A stretch of DNA of 64,000 bases. It comes from Dipteris shenzhenensis. Its lineage: Eukaryota. Position numbers and translations under genes: made by a program. The stretch is taken from assembly GCA_047967505.1 (NCBI GenBank), contig CM106538.1, one strand, 5' to 3'. Positions 27,014 to 35,426 of this stretch are shown here, one piece after another. A model generated the notes under the pieces. The model did not search any database and was not told where the DNA came from. It saw only the letters and a program-made list of their open reading frames with translations. Each line of letters begins with the position of its first letter. The first letter of the stretch is position 1.

Positions 27014-29724
27014 TGTAAAGAATAAGGGAGAGAGATAGGAGACTCAAGTTCAGCTTTCTTCACAACACACAAAAGAGAGAGGACACAAGGTTGCAGGGTG
27101 AAGCCTTTCTTCACTTTTGCACACAACAACCATACAATAGAAGAGGGAAATACCCTCTATGTCAAAACCTAGAATACGTGGTTCATATGTGAACCCAAAC
27201 CAAAAACATACGTGGTAGTCTAACTACACCACGAGTACAACTAACATAGGCGGTGACATAAATGATAGTCATCCAGGAGATATATCGGGGGTAGAGCTTG
27301 ATATCTCAACACTCCCCCTCAAGCTCAAATCCATCTCACGTACACCAAGCAAGCTCCTAAATCTGCGAAGCTTTTTGTTTGCATAGATTTCAGCCTTTGT
27401 ATATTCACGTGCCCAATGCACTTGTGCCATATCTCAATATCTGCAATGACACCTCTCCCATGCGCAAACATAGCAGCTTTCACCTCAGGCATATCAACAT
27501 CCAAGGTGAACATTCTGCCATTTTTGTTGCCTTTCGCAACCAACCGGCACTTATTTTTCAAGTCCTCAACAAAGCATCCATCAGGATTAAATCTAACCTA
27601 CAGACCTTGCTCAACCATCTGGTCTACTGAAACCAAGTTCTTAGTGATTTTTGGAACATGAAGTACATCTGCCAAGTACTTCGTTTTGCCATCCTGCATA
27701 GCCAATGGCACTTTACCAACCTGCGTGATTGGGTGCGCAGTATCATCACCTGTTTCAACATAACCTGGCTTATCCAAATTTCTAACATCATGAAACCACT
27801 CACCATGACTGGTCATGTGGTTAGAGGCACCTGAATCAACATACCAAACATCATTGCAAGCTGCAGCATCTCCTGACATGGAGTTAACCATATGCTGCAT
27901 CACAAAAAGGTGCTCATTTCTGTCGTCACCATGCCCACTTGATGATGCATAGTTGCTTTGCTGCAACTTCCCACTTTTGATGTCATTCTGCTTTTTATAG
28001 CATGTATTCTCCTTGTGTCCAGGCTTTCCACAATAATAGCATTCTGTGCTGCTATTTACTTGCTGGTTCCTTTGCCATGAACCACGGCCTCTTTGGCTCC
28101 CCCTGCCTCTAGAACTACCACGTCCTTCTCCATAGGACTGGTTTTCCTGTTGTTGCTGTTGGTTCTGATTTCCTGCACGGCCACCAAAACGGCCTCTTCC
28201 TCTACCCCTGCCTCTACCTGTATTCAAGTAGAAAGCAGTCTCTTGAGAAGTTGAGGTGGCTGAACCACCATTCCTTTGCTCTTCACTCAGCAAGAGAGCA
28301 ATAAGTTCCTGAAAATCAGGAAATGTTTCACGGACTCCAATGGATGTCCGAAACTGTGCATAATCTTTCCCAAGACCATTCAAGGTCACAGACACTAAGT
28401 CCTCATCATCAACAGGTGCTCCAATGGAGGCAAGAGAATCTGCAAGGCCTTTCACCTTCAAGGAATACTCATTTATATTCAGATTTTTCCTTTGCACATT
28501 GTGCAACTTCTGCTTTAGCTGCATCTTTCGTGCTTTGGTATTTGTGCTATACAGTTTCACCAATGTATCCCATGCCTCCTTAGGCGTCTCTACATCCTGT
28601 ATATGCACAATCATAGAATCTGAAATGCTAATAGACAGCCAATACAGGCATTTTCTGGCTTTTTCATGCCATTCTTTAAAGGCCTTCAATTCAGCAGGAG
28701 TGGGAGCAGTACCCAAAACTGGTTCTGCAGTTTCACCACTGATGTAATCCCAAACTCCCTTTCCCATAAGGAAGTTTGTCATCCTGAACTTCCATGCTTG
28801 GAAGTTGTTCTTGTCAAGCTTCTCACTGACAATGGTAGACAGATTCTCAGACATTTTACAAATCACGAATTGCAACAGCAACCTGTAAACATAGCAAATG
28901 CCTCACAAGGGCAAATAGCAAAACTTCTGCAAAAAACCTCACAGGGGCAGATCTGCAACACTGACGAAAGTGGTCTTTCACCACACAGTCACTTCCTCGT
29001 GACAATTTTGCATCAACAGGCAACAGGCATGAATCTGCAACTCCCAATATCTCTGCACACAGGCATACGATGCAATTTCTGTGGCACCTTTCCACCGACT
29101 AGCCGCGCCGACTAGCCGCGCAGTGGTCGCACAGCGAAAAACAGGGTCTTTTTCTGAGTGCCTGCGAAGAACTTCCGCCTTCAAAACGGGCCCCGAAACG
29201 GCCTCAAATCAAAAAAATAAAGTCACCGCAGCATATACTATGCTCTCGCCACACCGCGAAGGGCCTCTCAATCTGAAACAATGCACTCCTACACTTCTGG
29301 CTGTGCTACCTGCAGAGATTTGCTCCCAAACTCGAAATAGGAAAGCAACACTGGTCCTCTTACCAGGACACCACAAACTTGGCTTGCTTTCTTGAGCTCC
29401 TTACCACGAACAAGGCTCTGATACCATGTAAAGAATAAGGGAGAGAGATAGGAGACTCAAGTTCAGCTTTCTTCACAACACACAAAAGAGAGAGGACACA
29501 AGGTTGGAGGGTGAAGCCTTTCTTCACTTTTGCACACAACAACCATACAATAGAAGAGGGAAATACCCTCTATGTCAAAACCTAGAATACGTGGTTCATA
29601 TGTGAACCCAAACCAAAAACATACGTGGTAGTCTAACTACACCACGAGTACAACTAACATAGGCGGTGACATAAATGATAGTCATCCAGGAGATATATCG
29701 GGGGTAGAGCTTGATATCTCAACA
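27014..29724 (-). mobile_element. Non-autonomous copia element C (LTR-gag-protease-LTR, TR-GAG-like), very recent insertion
   Basis: 298-bp LTRs at 27014-27311 and 29427-29724 differ at 1 position by eye. TSD GCCCC at 27009-27013 and 29725-29729. PBS complement 29415-29426, PPT complement from 27312. Integrase core, RT and almost all RNase H are absent. Confidence 0.95.
27598..28854 (-). CDS. gag: Gag plus aspartic protease of element C (uninterrupted, ~418 aa from first ATG)
   Basis: MSENLSTIVSEKLDKNNFQAWKFRM..., RGG-rich tract, CYYCGKPGHKENTC zinc knuckle, WYVDSGASNHMT protease; ends at TAG after VEQGL. Confidence 0.85.
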   Translation of the reverse strand: MSENLSTIVSEKLDKNNFQAWKFRMTNFLMGKGVWDYISGETAEPVLGTAPTPAELKAFKEWHEKARKCLYWLSISISDSMIVHIQDVETPKEAWDTLVKLYSTNTKARKMQLKQKLHNVQRKNLNINEYSLKVKGLADSLASIGAPVDDEDLVSVTLNGLGKDYAQFRTSIGVRETFPDFQELIALLLSEEQRNGGSATSTSQETAFYLNTGRGRGRGRGRFGGRAGNQNQQQQQENQSYGEGRGSSRGRGSQRGRGSWQRNQQVNSSTECYYCGKPGHKENTCYKKQNDIKSGKLQQSNYASSSGHGDDRNEHLFVMQHMVNSMSGDAAACNDVWYVDSGASNHMTSHGEWFHDVRNLDKPGYVETGDDTAHPITQVGKVPLAMQDGKTKYLADVLHVPKITKNLVSVDQMVEQGL

Positions 29725-31290
29725 GCCCCTAGTGTGCCATCATACCATGAATAGTGCAACTCAATGAGACGGTTGCCCAAGCCAGCGAGGGAGTAACACA
29801 AGAACATATGTCAACATTTGATGCAGTTACACAAGAACCTTCCTCCAAACCCGTGCGAGCACCATCAAAGGACGTCTTACCCATGATAGCACCTGCGGTG
29901 CTACCTGGGCATGAATTGCCTCCTACAGCAAGGGACGCGGTACTACAAGAACTTGTTTCTAGATTGATTGCAGCCACACAAAAACCCGCGTAACCTATCA
30001 CAAAAGGTTTCCATCCAAATGAACGCCACCGTGCCAACACACCCCTGACAACTAGGATGAGGCACAAAGTCGACTCATGCTCTACTTGGCTGATGACACA
30101 CTATATGGCCGTGCAACATTTGTCTCCATTGCATCCCACATAAGCATCAAGTCCAGGTCTAGGTGAGTCTATAGAGTAGGCATATCACCACCTTCTTTTG
30201 ATGTCTTGACTGTGTTGAGCTATCCTAGCATGACATCTTGCACATTCTGCTTGATCAGGTGATAGGCATACTTATCTTTCTTATCCCATTGGGCTTGAGC
30301 TTGGGCAATGGCAGGACCTACTACTAGTGCGGAAACTATTTGTGTAGTTGTAGATGCTGTTGTAGATCCCGTTGCTGGTGCTATGACAGTAGATGGAGTA
30401 GAGCTACTTGTGGCTAGATCGGCCAATGGTCTAGGTGTAGACCCATTGACATACTCCCATTTGTCCTGAAGTACAAGAATGGTCTCCATTCGGTATTTCC
30501 ATGTGCCATAATTGGAGTTGTCTAACTTAGCAGATGCCTCCAGATTGAGGTTGTTGGTTGACATGGTGCAAGAAATGTACTCAAAAGTGTCGTGAAAATC
30601 TAGAGCTGTATGAATCAATTGCAAATACACTGACTATGCCAAGTGAAATCTCTGAACTGTCGATGAAGATAAAACTGCATATCACGGCATCGTGCTCATC
30701 ATTTCAGCCTTGTAAAGCCTCTTGGCTATTCTCGGTATCATTGCCACAAGGCTGTGTGTGAAATCAAATGCTATCTGCCCACTGAAACAATCTGCAATGC
30801 CTTTGAACTCTGAAGTCTGCTCACTGAACTGATGAACGTAAGGTTTCAGGTAATGTAATGATGTGAAACCGTATGTGAGCATATGGACTGACTCCGAGTA
30901 GGTACTAGTCAAGAATTTCGAGCATGGCTTAGATTGGCAACTTGGGGAAATTCAAAGCATCCCCCCTATGGCGATCTAGTCTACTCTGATCTAGATCTAT
31001 ACCAACCATCGATCGATGAAAGAACAACAAATAATTCCTTTTCTTTTGTTCTTTTTAAGTGTTGGGTAAGATGCATCGATGTAGAGGCAAATGTGTGTAA
31101 AGAAAGTGGTTTTGCCATCGAGGCTCAAATGTGAGTGTTACTTGTGCCAAGATGTGTGTGTGATGTGACGAGCGCGTAGAGCACAAAAAAACGAGCGACT
31201 TTCCTTTTTGGAGCGCCCTCAAATTCTTCCTGGATCAAGTGATACGATGTGGTCTAGGTGGAAGGGCAAAAGGAATGCAAATGGTGCTCA

Positions 31291-31630
31291 ATGATGATGT
31301 GTCACTGTGGGTCACATGCAGTGATGATGTGGCATTGTGCCTAGCAAGAGGTGTGCCAATGAAGCTTGTGTTGAGGTGGCACAGATGATATTAGTAGATG
31401 ACATGGCAATGATGATGTGGCACTAATAATGTGGCAAATGACCTGGCAATGATGACGTGGTAGATGATGTGGCAATGATAACATGTGAGTGATGATGTGG
31501 CTGATGATGTGGTTGTGGATAAGAAGATGACGTGGTAGCCTCACGGGGCTACTGACGTGGTAGTTGGTGGATGTGGCCACATGTTCAGATAAGGTGATGT
31601 GGTAGATTGAGGATGACCTGCCACGTGGCA
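31291..31630. repeat. Array of TGA(C/T)GTGG motifs in the D leader
   Basis: More than ten copies of GATGA(T/C)GTGG(C/T)A-like units and a GCCACGTGGC palindrome at ~31620. Confidence 0.7.
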
Positions 31631-31776
31631 GAAGGGTGACCAACCCTTTGTGATGCTGGTGAGGATAAGGTTGAGTGTGGGGTGCTAGGTGGCATTACGT
31701 GGGGCACCAAAATCTTTGATGATTCTGATGGAATCCTTGGGATTCTGTCATCTTCTCCCTTGCAGTCCGTGAGCTC

Positions 31777-32022
31777 CTCGGGGGGGTCACTATATATAAA
31801 CCCTCTATACCACCTGCGTTCAAGGCCTATTTCTAAAATCCCTTATTTGTAAATTTTTCATTAATAAAATGTACCCCTTTTCTATACAAATCTGTAAATT
31901 TTTTCCAAAACTATTTTAAATAGTCCCTTATGTATATTTATTTCTGTAAATTTTAGAAATAAAATATATCCTTCTGTTGAACTCACGTGAGAGGGTTACA
32001 TATGATGAGTGACCCCCCCGAG
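31777..32022. mobile_element. MITE family 1, copy a (246 bp, 15-bp TIR, 8-bp TSD)
   Basis: TIR CTCGGGGGGGTCACT...AGTGACCCCCCCGAG. TSD GTGAGCTC at 31769-31776 and 32023-32030. AT-rich interior. Second copy at 57113-57359. Confidence 0.92.
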
Positions 32023-32867
32023 GTGAGCTCTTGGAGGAGCTTGAAGCTATCAGACTTGAAGCTTACATATGATGAGTGACCCCCCCGAGGTGAGCTCTTG
32101 GAGGAGCTTGGAGGACTCTCCTATAGGAGAGGATGGAGACGCTGCTTGAGGTGCTAGCTGAACGAAGAGGCAAGGCTAGAGCGTTGGAACAGCTATTCAT
32201 TGGAGTCATGTGCTTTGGAGATGGCACAGCGAATGAAGCTATCCAAGAGATCCCATGGGCAAGAGCCCTTGTAGTGAGCTGCCACTGGAGCTGGAAGTTT
32301 GAGGTGCTGTGAGTGATGGAGGCTAGTTGCTGTGCATCTCTAGGATGTCGTTTGTTGCAAGGCCTCTCAGGCTTGGAGAGCTGCAGAGAACTGGCTTGGC
32401 CGTTGATTGAGGGCTACAAGCATAGTTGTGAGCTATTGTTGCATAGGGCCGATGGAGCAAGAGCTCTACTAGAGGTTGTGGGCAGAGCGTTGGAGCCAAA
32501 TATTGCTTGGCGGTTGGCTTGCAAGAGCATGCATGCGCTTGAGTCGGGCACAGATTCAAGCAAAGATTCGAGCAGAGATTCATTAAGGCTGTGCAATAGA
32601 TGCAGCTGGGAGGACGTTGGCTCGTTTGAGGGTTGTGGGAGCGTGGCAGGCCATGGGTTGCAACGCTCTTGGATGAGAGCTTAGAAGCATGCTGCTGTGT
32701 GGGCCTCAGTAAGCAAAGGCTAATAGCCAACAAAGGCTGCTGTGCAGGCTGTAGCCTTCCGTATGAAGGCTTTGGTGTGACCTGCAGATGGGTTCGAGGT
32801 CTAGAGGACGTTGACGGACTGGCAATGGAGATTCTTGTGGCACGGTTGCTTAGTTGGAGGCTTGTAG

Positions 32868-33219
32868 TGTTGAGATATTGAGCTCCACTCGTGATATGCC
32901 AGGGTGACCATTGTACGTTTATGTCACCGACTTGTTAGCTACAGATGCGGTTGGTACACCACCCATGAATAATAGCTAGATGATAGCTATCCTTATGTAC
33001 TCTAGTTTGTGGCTCAGTTAGTATGCCATCTTAGTTAGCTGAGTTTGGTTTGAGACCCACATATAGGGTTCTTCTATTTCTTTGTACTAGAGTTCTTTTG
33101 GCTTTCACAACTAAGAAAAGGAAAACTATTTTCAGTCTCCACCTTTGTGTGTATTCCCCCATTGTGTATGTGAGAAAGCCGCAAGTGAGACTCCTTCCTT
33201 CTCTCCCACTATCTTCACA
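32868..33219 (+). mobile_element. Solo LTR of copia family A inside the D leader
   Basis: Complete 352-bp LTR TGTTGAG...TTCACA with no PBS or PPT; flanks TGTAG/TGTGG (TSD with one mismatch). Confidence 0.92.
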
Positions 33220-34656
33220 TGTGGAAGCCCATGTATGACGAGGCTTGCACGATTCGGCGTTATTTGCAGTCAGAAGTTGCTATAGTTGCCTACATTCATG
33301 AGTAGAGCTGGTTGTTGGAGCAAGAGCGCTGGCTCATCTTGATCGATCTTTGACGTTAGAGGGTGTCCCAGTGTCGTGGTTGTAGAAGACTAGCTTAAGA
33401 GCCTGTAGCGTTGATGGCAGAGGATTTTGGAAGCCTAAAGTGCTCTAGAGCTTAGGCTTTGTAGGCCACGGAGGGCGTTGGAGAGAGGCCAACTAGAGCA
33501 TCTCTCCATCTCTTTTACAAAACAGAAACTATCATGACCCGAAAGGAACCAAAATGCTCACTCACAGTCATGAACTAAATCTTAGAAATTGAGAACTAAA
33601 CCTTACAGAGAACTCCTGAAATTCCCTCACTTTTCTCTCGAAATGAACACTCTCTCTCTCTCACATGGATGGAATTGTATGACAGAAATTTCTTTCAATG
33701 TGGAAGTTCTCTCAATGGAAGAGAATGAAAATGAATTTGCAATCACTCAAGAACTCTCAATCAATCACACTCTCTCATACTCTCAAGAATCACAATGCCT
33801 TAGCGGTTAGTGGAAGGCAAGGGAGCTCTGATACCATGACAAAATATGAAGAGGGGAGAGGAGAAGAGTGGAGATGAGAAGAGAGGGCACAACTAGAGAG
33901 CACACCACAAATGACTAACTGTACACTAGATTTAGTTGAAAAAATAGAATATATACAAACCCATTTAGGGTTAGCGTTAGGGATCTAACCCTTTCCTTTA
34001 TAGCACTCTATAAGGTTGGTGCTATGCACATATGATCACGTGATGGTGCTATGCACACATGATCACATGATGTTGAGCATGAACTCTCAATAGCCTACAA
34101 TCCCAACACTAACTTTAGCATGCTCGATGCGACAGGCACCCCCACTTCTACCACCTCAATGCAGATGTGGTGCAAGCCACCTTTGGCCTCCCAGTCATCG
34201 CCAACAAATACACTCAGAAGAAAAAGATGCCCAAGGCCCTCAATGAAATCTATAGATATGATCAAAAAAAGAGCAAGGGGTGTGGAGAGTGGGAGGGAAG
34301 TAAGTGTTGAGATATCGAGCTCCACCCGCGATATGCCAGGGTGACTGTTGTGCATTTATGTCACCGACTTGTTAGCTGGAGATGCAGTTGGTACACCGCC
34401 CACGAATAATAGCTGGATGACAGCTATCCTTATCTACTATAGTTTGTGGCTCAGTTAGTATGCCACCTTAGTTAGTTGAGTTTGGTTTGAGACCCACATA
34501 TAGGGTTCTTCTATTTCTTTGTACTTGACTTCTTTTGGCTTACACAACTAAGAAGAGGAAAACTGTTTTTAGCCTCCACCTTTGTGTGTATTCCCCCATT
34601 GTGCATGTGAGAAAGCCGCAAGTGAGAGTCCTTCCCTCTCTCCCACTATCTTCACA

Positions 34657-34668
34657 TGGTATCAGAGC
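34657..34668 (+). promoter_or_regulatory. Primer-binding site complementary to the tRNA-iMet 3' end (also at 1014, 8636, 15307, 29415, 33825, 45002)
   Basis: TGGTATCAGAGC directly after the LTR terminal CA. Confidence 0.92.
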
Positions 34669-34899
34669 CTTGTTCGTGGTAAGGAGCTCAAGAAAGCAAG
34701 CCAAGTTCGTGGTGTCCTGGTAAGAGGACAAGTGTTGCTTTCCTATTTCGAGTTTGGGAGCAAATCTCTGCAGGTAGCACAGCCAGAAGTGCAGGAGTGC
34801 ACTGTTTCAGATTGAGACGCCCTTCGCGGTGTGGCGAGAGCGCAGTATATGCTGCGGGTAAGGGCGAAGCCCTTAGTGACTTTATTTTTCTGATTTGAG

Positions 34900-35351
34900 G
34901 CCATTTTGGGGCCCGTTTTGAAGGCGGAAGTTCTTCGCAGGCACTCAGAAAAAGGCCCTGTTTTTTGCTGTGCGACCACTGCGCGGCTAGTCGGTGGAAA
35001 GGTGTCGCAGAGATTGCATTGTATGCTTGTGTGCAGAGATATTGGGAGTTACAGATTCATGCCTGTTGCCTGTTGATGCAAAATCGTCACTAGGAAGTGA
35101 CTGTGTGGTGAAATACCACTTTCGTGCCGTTTTGGGGCCCGTTTTGAAGGCGGAAGTTCTTCGCAGGCACTCAGAAAAAGGCCCTGTTTTTTGCTGTGCG
35201 ACCACTGCGCGGCTAGTCGGTGGAAAGGTGCCGCAGAAATTGCATCGTATGCTTGTGTGCAGAGATATTGGGAGTTACAGATTCATGCCTATTGCCTGTT
35301 GATGCAAAATCGTCACTAGGAAGTGACTGTGTGGTGAAATACCACTTTCGT
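34900..35351 (+). repeat. 226-bp tandem duplication in the A3 5' leader
   Basis: Units 34900-35125 and 35126-35351 are nearly identical; the unit is single-copy in A1, A2, A4 and C. Confidence 0.92.
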
Positions 35352-35426
35352 CAGTCTTGCAGATCTGCCCGTGTGTGGCAAAAGTTGTGTTTTTTGCAGT
35401 GACAGAATATTTTGCAGTGTTCTGTA

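Larger units (their letters stand above)
25600..30189 (+). mobile_element. Degenerate retroelement-like ORF: gypsy-type aspartic protease followed by a TQEP-repeat region; interrupted by element C; left boundary approximate
   Basis: ALVDLGASHNFIS (~26075) and MILGRTW (~26280) are retropepsin motifs. The downstream Pro/Thr-rich TQEP repeats and C-terminal peptide are homologous to 62050-62975. Confidence 0.6.
30181..34092 (-). mobile_element. 5' half of copia family D: LTR, PBS, long leader and gag N-terminus
   Basis: LTR 33837-34092 is the reverse-complement homologue of 59570-59799. PBS complement GCTCTGATACCA at 33825-33836. Gag start KLDNSNYGTWKYRMETIL in ORF 30220-30630. Truncated at ~30181. 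Confidence 0.8.

Noticed and set aside
31291-32110. Short repeats that could be mistaken for a CRISPR array
   Set aside because: Units and spacing are irregular, there are no unique fixed-length spacers and no cas genes, and the context is eukaryotic transposon DNA.
35220-35402. Cys-rich upstream ORF (CIVCLCAEILGV...) recurring in the leaders of A1, A2, A3 and C
   Set aside because: It has no ATG start, its ends vary between copies, and recurrence is expected from shared ancestry. I saw no codon-level signal.
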